Part shown: positions 31,080 to 39,994 of the stretch, in pieces
Numbering within the stretch: the first letter of the stretch is position 1
Layout: each line of letters begins with the position of its first letter
The notes under the pieces: model-generated
Told to the model about the DNA's origin: nothing
What the model saw: the letters and a program-made list of their open reading frames with translations, nothing else
Databases searched by the model: none
Made by a program: the position numbers and the translations under genes
DNA from: an uncultured Desulfovibrionaceae bacterium
Lineage (GTDB): Bacteria; Desulfobacterota; Desulfovibrionia; Desulfovibrionales; Desulfovibrionaceae
Direction of reading: 5' to 3'
DNA length: 64,000 nucleotides
Assembly (NCBI GenBank): GCA_964370245.1
Contig: CAYJIN010000002.1
Coordinates: forward strand, 841-64,840

Positions 31080-31979
31080 ATGAATACAAAGAAAAAAGCT
31101 CTTGTTCTTGGTGGAGCAACCGGCTTACTCGGTCAAACACTTGTAAACACGCTTAAAAATGCAAAAAATTGTAACAACAAAGCTATCGAGTGGGAAATAT
31201 CAACCCTAGGCAGAGAAGACGGTAATTTATTTGATAAGCAATTTATTGAAGAATCACTTGAAAAAATCAACCCTGATGTTGTTTTTAATACAGTAGCTTA
31301 CACACAAGTTGATAGAGCTGAAACTGAAAAAGATTTAGCATATAAAGTAAATAAAGATTTTCCACTTTTACTTGGTAAAATCATTAATGGTAGTGAAACT
31401 TCTTTAGTTCACTACAGTACAGATTTTGTTTTTGATGGTAAAAAAGAATGCCCTTACACTGAAGAGGATGAAACTAATCCACTTAATGTATATGGCGCAT
31501 CAAAACTTGCTGGTGAAAATGCTTTACTAGACTTAGGCTTAAATAAATGTCTAATCATTAGAACATCATGGCTTTTTGGACCATGCAGAACAAATTTCAT
31601 TTCAAAAATTTTAGATAAAGCAAAAAATGGTGAAGAGTTAAAAATTGTTTTTGATCAAATTGGTTCACCATCATATACTTTAGGCCTTGCTTCTAACAGC
31701 TTAGCTTTATTAAACGCAGAAGCGGAAGGCATTTATCATGTTTCAAATTCTGGCCGTGCATCATGGTATGAATTTGCACATGAAGCGCTTGATATTGCTG
31801 ATATTCGTGCAAACATATCCCCTATTTCATCAAATGATTTAAACCTTCCTGCTGAACGTCCATCCTATTCTGTTCTTTCCTGTGAAAAGCTAACAAGTTT
31901 AACTGGAATTAATCCACGCCCTTGGACTCATGCATTGAGAGATTTTATCTATCATGAGGGAGATTTCTTCAACTGCTAG
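31080..31979 (+). CDS. rfbD: dTDP-4-dehydrorhamnose reductase-like (RmlD-type) sugar nucleotide reductase
   Basis: Rossmann motif LVLGGATGLLG, an STDFVFDG block and a YGASKLAGE catalytic motif. The start is set at an ATG after a GGTGA RBS. Confidence 0.7.
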   Translation: MNTKKKALVLGGATGLLGQTLVNTLKNAKNCNNKAIEWEISTLGREDGNLFDKQFIEESLEKINPDVVFNTVAYTQVDRAETEKDLAYKVNKDFPLLLGKIINGSETSLVHYSTDFVFDGKKECPYTEEDETNPLNVYGASKLAGENALLDLGLNKCLIIRTSWLFGPCRTNFISKILDKAKNGEELKIVFDQIGSPSYTLGLASNSLALLNAEAEGIYHVSNSGRASWYEFAHEALDIADIRANISPISSNDLNLPAERPSYSVLSCEKLTSLTGINPRPWTHALRDFIYHEGDFFNC

Positions 31980-32030
31980 CAAATATAGTTTATAACTACT
32001 TCTATCACCTTTACTTTATTAGGAATTAAG

Positions 32031-32990
32031 ATGTTTTCTCAACTCGTTGCCTTAGTTAAAAATTCTTTTATTGACACAGTAAAGGTGTCTTTGCGTGTTT
32101 TTAAAGTTGTTATACCTATTACTATTCTTGTAAAATTGCTTGTTGAATTTGATTTGATAAAATTTGTTGCTGCGCCTTTAGAACCTATCATGAGCATGGT
32201 TGGTGTTCCTACCGAGTATGGCCTAGCATGGGCAGCAGCTATTATTGTCAATCTATATTCAGGGCTTATCGTAATTGCGGGGCTCATTCCTGAAATTGGT
32301 CTTCCTACGGTTGCACAAGCTTCAACGCTTTCACTTATGTGTCTTTTCGCGCATTCTATGTTTATTGAATGCAAAATTGCGCAAGAGTGCGGAGTTTCGT
32401 TCATTTCACAATTTATCATCAGAATTGCTGTTGCTATTTTTGCTGGTTTAGTGATGCATGCATTTTACATACTTACAGGTTTTCACTCACAAGAAGCAAC
32501 AATCATGCTTGATGTCCAGCAAAGTGCAACGCTTACAGATTGGGCAATAAACGAGCTTTTCAACCTTCTACGAATTTTTATTCTGATTTGGGTTGTGCTT
32601 GTTATGCATACAACTCTTACCTACCTTCGTATTACTGATTTTCTTGAAAAAATTCTTGATCCTTTTTTAAGAGTATTAGGAATGTCAAAAGAAACAGCAA
32701 GCACAATTGTTGTTGGTTTTTGCGCTGGTATTGTATACGGAAGCGGTTTGATTATCAAACATTCTCAAGAAAACAGAATGTCAAAAAAAGATTTATTCTG
32801 CGGCATTACCCTCATGGGTTTAGCGCATGCTTTAGTTGAAGATACTATTTTAATGATGCTTGTTGGTGGCTCTGTATGGGTAACACTTGGTGGAAGATTT
32901 CTTATTGTTTTACTGGTAGGTATTTTGATTTCTTATATATATGACTTAGTCATTACACGTAAACAAGTTAGCGAAATTCAAAAAAATTAA
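32031..32990 (+). CDS. nucleoside-recognition (Gate) domain membrane protein
   Basis: 319-aa polytopic ORF resembling FeoB-C/SpmA-type gate-domain proteins. AGGAA RBS. Confidence 0.5.
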   Translation: MFSQLVALVKNSFIDTVKVSLRVFKVVIPITILVKLLVEFDLIKFVAAPLEPIMSMVGVPTEYGLAWAAAIIVNLYSGLIVIAGLIPEIGLPTVAQASTLSLMCLFAHSMFIECKIAQECGVSFISQFIIRIAVAIFAGLVMHAFYILTGFHSQEATIMLDVQQSATLTDWAINELFNLLRIFILIWVVLVMHTTLTYLRITDFLEKILDPFLRVLGMSKETASTIVVGFCAGIVYGSGLIIKHSQENRMSKKDLFCGITLMGLAHALVEDTILMMLVGGSVWVTLGGRFLIVLLVGILISYIYDLVITRKQVSEIQKN

Positions 32991-32999
32991 GGTGTTAGC

Positions 33000-34118
33000 A
33001 TGAAATTATGGATTAACGCATGTGAAGTTTCAGGAGATTTGCAAGCTGGAATTTTACTTGAATCACTAAAAAAAAGCCATCCAAACATTCAAGCTATTGG
33101 TATGGGTGGAAATAAATTAGAAGAATCTGGGCAGATTAATTTCTTTCATATCAATGAACTTTCAGTAATGGGAATTACAGAAGTTTTTTCTGCTTTACCT
33201 AGAATTTTTAGACTGTTATCACAAATAAAGAAAACTATACTTAAAGAAAAACCAGATGCTATTTTATTAGTAGATAGTGCTGAATTTAACTTTAAAATAG
33301 CTAAATTTGCTTATAAGCATAATATTCCAGTCTATTATTTTATTCCACCAAAAGTGTGGGCTTGGCGACAATCACGCTTGAAATTTCTAAAAAAATACGT
33401 AAAGAAAATTTTCTGCATTTTACCTTTTGAAGTTGAATTTTATCAAAAACATGGAATTGAAGTATCCTATATTCAAAACCCATTGGTTGATTTTCTGCAA
33501 CCTTATATTGAAAAACAAGAAAGAAAGATTACTCCTTTCAGAATTGCTCTTATGCCAGGAAGTAGAAAAAAAGAAGTAAACTCACTCTTGCCGTTATTTG
33601 CCGAAACAACAGCAATATTAAAAGAAGAATTTCCTCAAATGAAGTTCTCTATCATTCAAGCACCACATTTTACTCAAGAATATTTAGAGAAAATTTGGAA
33701 TGAATCAGATATAGACTATGAAATTCCTAATGTGGATTTTGTGCAAAGCAAAGATAGATACACTTTCTTGAGAACCTGTGAATTTTGTATTGCCGCATCA
33801 GGCACAGCAACCCTTGAAACTGGTTTGCTTGGCTTACCAACGATAATCAGTTATAGAATTTCAAAACTTACCTATTTTTTAGTGCATCGCTTCGTAAAAG
33901 TAAAATTTGCTGGCTTAGTAAATTTAATTTTTGATAGAGAAGTTTTTCCTGAATTTATTCAAGATAATGCAAAAGCAGAACTTCTTGCTCGTCAAATAAA
34001 AGAATGGATTTATAAAACTGAAAAAATAGAAAAAGTATATAAAGATTTAGAAGAATTACAAATAAAAGTATCTTCTAACAATACAAATATAAGAATTTTT
34101 GAAGAAAACAAATCATAA
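33000..34118 (+). CDS. lpxB: lipid-A-disaccharide synthase
   Basis: 372-aa ORF with an LpxB-type N-terminus (INACEVSGDLQAG) and IAASGTATLE near the C-terminal half. Confidence 0.88.
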   Translation: MKLWINACEVSGDLQAGILLESLKKSHPNIQAIGMGGNKLEESGQINFFHINELSVMGITEVFSALPRIFRLLSQIKKTILKEKPDAILLVDSAEFNFKIAKFAYKHNIPVYYFIPPKVWAWRQSRLKFLKKYVKKIFCILPFEVEFYQKHGIEVSYIQNPLVDFLQPYIEKQERKITPFRIALMPGSRKKEVNSLLPLFAETTAILKEEFPQMKFSIIQAPHFTQEYLEKIWNESDIDYEIPNVDFVQSKDRYTFLRTCEFCIAASGTATLETGLLGLPTIISYRISKLTYFLVHRFVKVKFAGLVNLIFDREVFPEFIQDNAKAELLARQIKEWIYKTEKIEKVYKDLEELQIKVSSNNTNIRIFEENKS

Positions 34119-34131
34119 AATTTCAATAAAT

Positions 34132-34171
34132 AAAGCTCACAATATACCAATAATATACTGTGAGCTTTTTT
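34132..34171. terminator. terminator between convergent lpxB and yedF
   Basis: AAAGCTCACA (34132-34141) pairs with TGTGAGCTTT (34159-34168), followed by a T run. Confidence 0.8.
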
Positions 34172-34215
34172 ATTATATCAATTTATTAGAATTAAAATTA
34201 CTGCATTATAAATTA

Positions 34216-34866
34216 TTATACACGCACGACTTTATCAGCAACATCAATAGCAGTAATAATATCAAGCATATTAGTAAATTGCCCTACTTTCTTTTCGGCT
34301 GTGAGTTTATAGAACTCTAAACATGAAGAGCAAACCAAAACTTCAACTCCGCTATTTTCAATTTTCTTTAATGCTTCTAAAGCAATACCATCATTAGTGC
34401 TCAATTTTACACCGCCATTGAGAAGTATAACTTTCCAAAGTCCATCATTCAATTCTGGTAATGTATTAAGGAAATTTTCCATAAGTTTTGTGCCTAAAAA
34501 GTCGTCGCCAGCGCCAAAAACTTCTGTAGGAATTATTACAAGAATTTTTTGCTCATCAGAAGATTTTGCATGATTTTTAGTTTTTTCATCAGCAACATTA
34601 GTTGCACTATCACTTGAATTTTTGCCTGATAAACCTTTATCATTCAAAGAAGTTGCAGTGATTAGAAAACAATTTTTTCCATCTCTTTCTTCTTCTACAT
34701 ATTCAGAAGAATAATTATTCTTTCCTAAAAATCTTTGCACGTTTTCACAAGAGCCTTCATTATCAACAATAACAATAAAAGATTGTGGTTTTTCATTAGC
34801 AATATAATTTCTGCAGCGAATGACTGGTTCTGGACATGGTAAGCCAATATAATTTTCTTCTTTCAT
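34216..34866 (-). CDS. yedF: YedF-type selenium metabolism protein (TusA-like N-domain + DsrE-like C-domain)
   Basis: N-terminal GLPCPEPV (CPxP TusA motif). The C-terminal part resembles the DsrE/YedF fold (VIIPTEVFGAGDD, LLNGGVKL, VLVCSSC). Confidence 0.7.
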   Translation of the reverse strand: MKEENYIGLPCPEPVIRCRNYIANEKPQSFIVIVDNEGSCENVQRFLGKNNYSSEYVEEERDGKNCFLITATSLNDKGLSGKNSSDSATNVADEKTKNHAKSSDEQKILVIIPTEVFGAGDDFLGTKLMENFLNTLPELNDGLWKVILLNGGVKLSTNDGIALEALKKIENSGVEVLVCSSCLEFYKLTAEKKVGQFTNMLDIITAIDVADKVVRV

Positions 34867-34942
34867 AAGAACCTCTTTATACTTTGTATGTATATATTTA
34901 AATAGTTAATAATTGAATTCAAATAATTTACTACAGTTTAGA

Positions 34943-34982
34943 CAAAAAAAGAAAACTCCGCAAATGATATTTTACGGAGTTT
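34943..34982 (-). terminator. rho-independent terminator after the RACo gene
   Basis: AAACTCCG (34953-34960) pairs with CGGAGTTT (34975-34982). On the minus strand it is followed by TCTTTTTTTG. Confidence 0.8.
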
Positions 34983-35004
34983 ATAATTTTTATATAAAGA
35001 TAAT

Positions 35005-36786
35005 TTAGAAAACCATGTGTTCCATATAGTAATTTGAGAAAGCAGGATATGCTGATAATTCAAGGTAAGTAGTTCTATCAATAATAGTTTTTACGTGTGC
35101 ATCAACATTTTTTTCTGTTGCATAGCGAATTACGCCAAGGCTTGCTGCATTACCAATAGCCTTTGTGCAATGCACAAGTTCCGCTGGAATAAGACCAATT
35201 CTGCCAGCATTTTTTGCATTCATCGCAGAACCAAAGCCACCTGCAATGTAAAGACTATCAATATCATCAAAACTAATGCCTGCTTCATCAAGCAAAATAT
35301 GAATTCCTGCACGCACAGCTGATTTCGCTAATTGCACTGATCGAATATCTTTTTGCGTGAAAGAAATGCTCTCTGTAAACTTCACATAAGCTTGCCCATT
35401 ATCGTCTTCAAAAAGACAATTTTCAAGCGAACCACTATCAGCATCAAACATACCAGTTTCATCAACAGCTTCGGCATCTAAAAGCATTGCAAGTGTATCA
35501 ACAACGCCAGAACCACAAATACCACATGCTGGTTTATCATTGATGGTAACATATTCAAATGATTTCTTATCTTCACTAAGAATAACATCACTTATAGCAC
35601 CGCTCTGCCCAGCTAAACCACAAGATATGTTTGCGCCTTCAAAGCATGGACCAGCCGCTGCTGAACATGCAAAAATTTTATCTTTATAACCAAGAACGAT
35701 TTCAGCATTTGTACCTAAATCGAGCAATAAATAAGGTTTTTCAGCACTATGCGCATTCACTGCAAGCAAAGCTGCAACAATATCTGCGCCAATATAGGAA
35801 GAAATAGAAGGCATAAGGAAAACATGCGCTTTTGATTTTATTCCAATTTTATTCGCTTTTACTCTTCTTGCTTCCATTGTTACAGGAATAAAAGGAGCTC
35901 TACCGATATTTTTCGCAGGAAGCCCACAAAGAAGATGCATCATTGTTGTATTACCAGTTATAGTAATATATTGAACATCAGTAACTTCAGGATAAAGATT
36001 TGCATTTTGTAAAAGCTTATTGCAAAGTTTTTCAATTTGACCCGCAACGGCAGATTGCAAAGCTTTAATGTTTTTTTCATAATCAGGTGTTGTTTCAGGA
36101 ATTGTTTGATTTATTCGGCTAAGAACATCCGCACCCCATGAGGCCTGTGCATTTGCTTCACCCATAACTGCTAAAACAGCGCCAGTTTGAAGATCAATAA
36201 GGGTTGTTGCAATAGTTGTTGTACCGATATCAACACTCATAGCTAAGTGATGATCTTTATTGGCTAAACCAATTACTGAATTTTTATATTTCAAAATAGA
36301 TAAAGCATTTTCTTCATGCATTTTATGAGACATAACACCAAGCTCATTAAAACCTAATTTATGGTCTTTGCAGTTTGAAGCTTCTAAAAGACGTGTTACA
36401 TCATCACGTTGATCGTGAATACTTGCCCCTTCAGTTACGATATCAATTCTTTCTACAAGAGGTTGAAATTCATAATTTTGTTCTGAGAAAGTTGTAAGAA
36501 CGGTAAGTGCTGTTTTTTCAAGAAGTTGAATTTCAAGCCCTTCTCTTGCAGTTGTGTAGCAGGCTAGACGGATGTTTTGAGCAAGTAATGATGGATTAAG
36601 CATTGCAACTTCTTCTAGAGTAGGATCAGTATTTGCAATAATGCGGCATTTACCACATTTACCCATTGAACCGCAAGTTTGATGAAGTAAGCCCTTTTCT
36701 TTAAGAAAATTTGTTACAGGAGTTCCCTCTTTTAAAGGAAACATATGTTTTTGCCCGTCATAGGAAACAGCAACGTTAACAGTCAT
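35005..36786 (-). CDS. corrinoid reductive activase (RACo / ASKHA-domain protein with N-terminal 2Fe-2S ferredoxin domain)
   Basis: 593-aa ORF. N-terminal plant-type ferredoxin Cys pattern (CGSMGKCGKCRI...LAC). The remainder resembles the ATP-dependent activators of corrinoid enzymes (DIGTTT, LDLGTNAE, GGFGS). Confidence 0.8.
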   Translation of the reverse strand: MTVNVAVSYDGQKHMFPLKEGTPVTNFLKEKGLLHQTCGSMGKCGKCRIIANTDPTLEEVAMLNPSLLAQNIRLACYTTAREGLEIQLLEKTALTVLTTFSEQNYEFQPLVERIDIVTEGASIHDQRDDVTRLLEASNCKDHKLGFNELGVMSHKMHEENALSILKYKNSVIGLANKDHHLAMSVDIGTTTIATTLIDLQTGAVLAVMGEANAQASWGADVLSRINQTIPETTPDYEKNIKALQSAVAGQIEKLCNKLLQNANLYPEVTDVQYITITGNTTMMHLLCGLPAKNIGRAPFIPVTMEARRVKANKIGIKSKAHVFLMPSISSYIGADIVAALLAVNAHSAEKPYLLLDLGTNAEIVLGYKDKIFACSAAAGPCFEGANISCGLAGQSGAISDVILSEDKKSFEYVTINDKPACGICGSGVVDTLAMLLDAEAVDETGMFDADSGSLENCLFEDDNGQAYVKFTESISFTQKDIRSVQLAKSAVRAGIHILLDEAGISFDDIDSLYIAGGFGSAMNAKNAGRIGLIPAELVHCTKAIGNAASLGVIRYATEKNVDAHVKTIIDRTTYLELSAYPAFSNYYMEHMVF

Positions 36787-36866
36787 AATGCACCCCGCAT
36801 TTTTTGGATATGATTAAAGCAGCAAATAATTTCTAAAAAAAGAAATCAGTAAAAAGAAATACTTAG

Positions 36867-36890
36867 AAATAAATAAATAAATAAATAAAT
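36867..36890. repeat. (AAAT)6 tetranucleotide microsatellite
   Basis: Six perfect AAAT units in the intergenic region upstream of the RACo gene. Confidence 0.9.
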
Positions 36891-37119
36891 AACGATAGAT
36901 AAAAAAAAAGAATAATTACAATAATTATTCAAGATATTTAATGCCCCCAGACTATATTTAATATAATCTTTGAAAAAACAAAAACTACACTAAATACAAT
37001 CCGGAGCAAAAGCCAATAAACTTCGGCAAACATCAAACAATCATCTTTTTACTTGAGGGTATAAGATGAAATCTCAAATGAGGTATGACAAAGAGCAAAA
37101 TAAAATAAATTATTTCACA

Positions 37120-37156
37120 GCGTTCCAAGTAAAAAAATCATTCTTACTTGGAACGC
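37120..37156 (-). terminator. 13-bp hairpin after the corrinoid protein gene
   Basis: GCGTTCCAAGTAA (37120-37132) pairs with TTACTTGGAACGC (37144-37156). The trailing sequence on the minus strand is only moderately U-rich. Confidence 0.6.
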
Positions 37157-37190
37157 ATATATCTAAAAGCTTATACTTTTTAATTATAGA

Positions 37191-37835
37191 CTATAATTTA
37201 GAAGCAGCTAATTTAAGAGCAGCTTCAGCAGCTGTTGATGCATCAGGTGTGTAGCAATCAGCGCCAATAGTATCACAGAAACCTTGGTTTACTGGTGCGC
37301 CACCAAGCATAACAACAGTTTTGTCAGCACGTTCGCTACCTTTTACTAAGTTAACAAGGTCTTTCATGAATGCCATTGTTGTTGTAAGAAGTGTTGAACA
37401 AGCGATGATTTGAGCATCGTTTTTGATAGCTTCTTCTAAGAATTTTTCAGGTGCAACGTTTACGCCAAGGTCAATAACTGTAAGACCTTTGCTTTCCATC
37501 ATCATACGAACAAGGTTTTTACCGATATCGTGAAGATCGTCTTTGATAGTACCGATAACAACAACACCTTTGTTTTGTGCTGATTCACCAACAAGAAGTG
37601 GACGAAGAACGTCTGTACCAGCAGCCATAGCACGTGCAGCGATAAGAACTTCAGGAATAAAGATGTCGTTATTTTTGAAACGTTCACCGATGATGTCCAT
37701 ACCAGGCATAAGACCTTTATCTAAAACATCTAATGGTGCAATACCTTCGTCAAGAGCTTGTTGTGTTAAAGCTGCTACGTCTTTAGTTTTACCTTTTTGT
37801 AATGCTGCAGAAAGTTGTTCAAATAATGCGCTCAT
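37191..37835 (-). CDS. cobalamin-binding corrinoid protein (MtbC/MttC/MtgC-like)
   Basis: N-terminal four-helix cap plus a Rossmann B12-binding domain with the DxHxxG motif (KDDLHDIGKN), a TLLTTT block and GGAPV. The start is taken at MSALFEQL after GAGG; the track ORF starts 5 codons earlier. Confidence 0.88.
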   Translation of the reverse strand: MSALFEQLSAALQKGKTKDVAALTQQALDEGIAPLDVLDKGLMPGMDIIGERFKNNDIFIPEVLIAARAMAAGTDVLRPLLVGESAQNKGVVVIGTIKDDLHDIGKNLVRMMMESKGLTVIDLGVNVAPEKFLEEAIKNDAQIIACSTLLTTTMAFMKDLVNLVKGSERADKTVVMLGGAPVNQGFCDTIGADCYTPDASTAAEAALKLAASKL

Positions 37836-37876
37836 AGTAGAATACCTCATATATTCATTAAAGTGTTAGTAGAAAA

Positions 37877-38761
37877 TTACAAAAGCTCCTCAATTTGCTT
37901 TTGCAAAGCCTCTCCTGTATTTTGCATACAAATAACTGTCAAAGGAACTTTTGGCATATCGTTTTTCTTCGATATAATTCCTTCTGGGCTATCAGTAATA
38001 AACCATACATCACTTCCAACTTCCACACAGCCTTTCACTCGTAAAAGTGAATCGTAAGATGATAAAACATCAATTAAAGCTTGTAAGTCTTTCACAGGTT
38101 TGGTTAAAGTGAAAGTATCAAGCCTTGTTTCTGGTGTGTTGAAAGAAAGTAATGGCATATTTTGTGGTAAAACCATATTCTTTGGTAATGATTGCAAATC
38201 TAAGTTTCCGTGATAGCTGTCAACAACAGGCACAGAAGGATTTACAGAAAGAATATAGTCGCGCGATGCTTGACGTTCCTCTTCAGTTGTTACATCAGAT
38301 TTGGTTAAGATGACAACATGTGCAGCTTTCACTTGACGTGGTATTACTTCTAATACATTAGCAAGTTTCAAGCTACGTTTAGGGTCAAACAAGCATATTA
38401 TGAGTGGTTCTTCATAATATTGATCAAGTTTAGCAAGATTGAGCATTTTAGTAACACCAGTAGGATCAGACATACCAGATGCTTCAACTAATACTCTTTC
38501 AGAATTATTTAATGAAAGTTGGAAAAGAGCTTTTACAAAGGCTTCTTTCAAGCAAGAACAAAAAACTGAGCCACCACCGATTTCAACTAATGGTGAATCG
38601 CCTTTTTCACTATCAATTAAAGCGCCATCAACAGGTGTGTCGCCAAAATCATTTAGTAAAACAGCAAGTCTTTTATCTTTACTTGATTTTATAAGATTTT
38701 GTAATATTGTTGTTTTTCCCGTGCCTAAAAAGCCCGAAAGAATAATAAGCTCTTTCTTCAT
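37877..38761 (-). CDS. CobW/COG0523-type G3E P-loop GTPase
   Basis: Walker A GFLGTGKTT, LNDFGD, and GGSVFCSC in place of the canonical GCICC, then EASGMSDP and TKSD. The start is set at the ATG (MKKELI). Confidence 0.75.
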   Translation of the reverse strand: MKKELIILSGFLGTGKTTILQNLIKSSKDKRLAVLLNDFGDTPVDGALIDSEKGDSPLVEIGGGSVFCSCLKEAFVKALFQLSLNNSERVLVEASGMSDPTGVTKMLNLAKLDQYYEEPLIICLFDPKRSLKLANVLEVIPRQVKAAHVVILTKSDVTTEEERQASRDYILSVNPSVPVVDSYHGNLDLQSLPKNMVLPQNMPLLSFNTPETRLDTFTLTKPVKDLQALIDVLSSYDSLLRVKGCVEVGSDVWFITDSPEGIISKKNDMPKVPLTVICMQNTGEALQKQIEELL

Positions 38762-38817
38762 TAAATAAACCAATCTTACGTGTTTTGATTAATAATATTT
38801 ATAGCATAATTTCAAAT

Positions 38818-38865
38818 ATATGTAAATAGAAAATTGCATTTTTTTCACATTTTTTATTTACATAT
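38818..38865. repeat. 17-bp inverted repeat (hairpin) between the URO-D gene and the cobW-like gene
   Basis: ATATGTAAATAGAAAAT (38818-38834) pairs with ATTTTTTATTTACATAT (38849-38865). One position does not match the exact reverse complement and is a G-U or A-C pair depending on the strand. Confidence 0.8.
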
Positions 38866-38876
38866 AATTGAATAAA

Positions 38877-39917
38877 TTAATACTTATAAGCTTTTGCCAT
38901 TTCAACCATTTTTTGTGGGAAAGTGAAGTCTAGACAAGCTGGGAATTCACAACCAGTTGAAAGTACAAAACGTTGGGAAGGAGCAAAAATTTCAAATTCT
39001 TCATTAATTTTTGCTTCTAAAGTTTCTAAGTTCGCAGTCATGAACCAGCCTGGATCAATTGTGCCCATAAGAATAAATTTATCAGCATATTTTTCTACTG
39101 CTTCTTCCATTGTTGAACAGCCAGCAGGAATGTGGTTGAAAGAAACAAGTGATGGTTTCATTGTTTCGTATTGTTCATCAAAGTAAGCGCCTTGGCCACA
39201 GTTATGAAGCATAACTAGTTTGCCGTTTGCACGCACTCTATCAGCTAAACGAACCATGAAGTCGCCTTCAAATTCTTGCCACATACCAACGCTCATGATT
39301 GATTTTGAAGCATATAATGTATCAAACATAATAGCATCAACGCCAGTAGCACAAAGTTGGTCAATCCATTCTTCTAAAACTTGTGTAACAACTTCAACAG
39401 CTTCTAAAATTCCTTCAGGTGCTGTGTAAAGTTCCATAAACATATCTTCTTGGCCACGTAACATACTAACAATACCAAGTGGGCCGAAAACAAAAGCTAC
39501 AACAGGAATATCTTCGCCTAATTCTTTTACTAAAATTTCGCAAAGTTCAACGTGTTCTTGCATACGTGTAGCTGTTTTAAGATCAATCTTTTTAACATTG
39601 CCATAATCATCTTCTGTTGGAACAACGCGTTGATGGTGATCAGGGCATGCTGCTTTATCATTGAAATATAAAAGTGGTTGACCAAAGTCAGCAGCTTCAA
39701 CTGATAAATCAACTAAAGTACAAGCGCAATCTAAATCAAGTTCACGAGTTGTTTTGATGATAGCTTCAGCACATTTGTGAACATCTTTTGTCCATTCTTC
39801 ATAGTCGATACCGATTGCATTTCTTGAAACACTGTTGATAAGTGGGTAAACAGGAACACGATCAATAGGTTGTTTATTAAGCATTGCTGTTATGCGTTGT
39901 CTAGGTGTCATTGACAT
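38877..39917 (-). CDS. URO-D-family methylcobamide methyltransferase (MtaA/MtbA-like)
   Basis: 346-aa ORF with a typical N-terminus (RQRITAMLNKQPIDRVPV), an HxCG zinc motif (LHNCGQG) and a downstream Cys (STGCEFP). Confidence 0.75.
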   Translation of the reverse strand: MSMTPRQRITAMLNKQPIDRVPVYPLINSVSRNAIGIDYEEWTKDVHKCAEAIIKTTRELDLDCACTLVDLSVEAADFGQPLLYFNDKAACPDHHQRVVPTEDDYGNVKKIDLKTATRMQEHVELCEILVKELGEDIPVVAFVFGPLGIVSMLRGQEDMFMELYTAPEGILEAVEVVTQVLEEWIDQLCATGVDAIMFDTLYASKSIMSVGMWQEFEGDFMVRLADRVRANGKLVMLHNCGQGAYFDEQYETMKPSLVSFNHIPAGCSTMEEAVEKYADKFILMGTIDPGWFMTANLETLEAKINEEFEIFAPSQRFVLSTGCEFPACLDFTFPQKMVEMAKAYKY

Positions 39918-39955
39918 AATATATAGTCCTTAAAATTTGTAATAAGTAAATAATT

Positions 39956-39987
39956 ATAAAAAATGCAGCAAGGTTTCCCCTGCTGCA
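39956..39987 (-). terminator. rho-independent terminator between the two URO-D-family genes
   Basis: On the minus strand TGCAGCAGG pairs with CCTTGCTGCA (one bulged base), followed by TTTTTT (plus-strand A run 39958-39963). Confidence 0.7.
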
Positions 39988-39994
39988 AAATAAA

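Noticed and set aside
34099-34320. 73-aa plus-strand ORF overlapping the lpxB 3' end, the terminator and the yedF 3' end
   Set aside because: It spans a clear bidirectional terminator hairpin and is antisense to yedF. It has no RBS.
37066-37254. 62-aa plus-strand ORF in the spacer, overlapping the 3' end of the corrinoid protein gene
   Set aside because: It has no RBS, it contains the terminator hairpin of the corrinoid gene, and it runs antisense into that gene. It is most likely non-coding.
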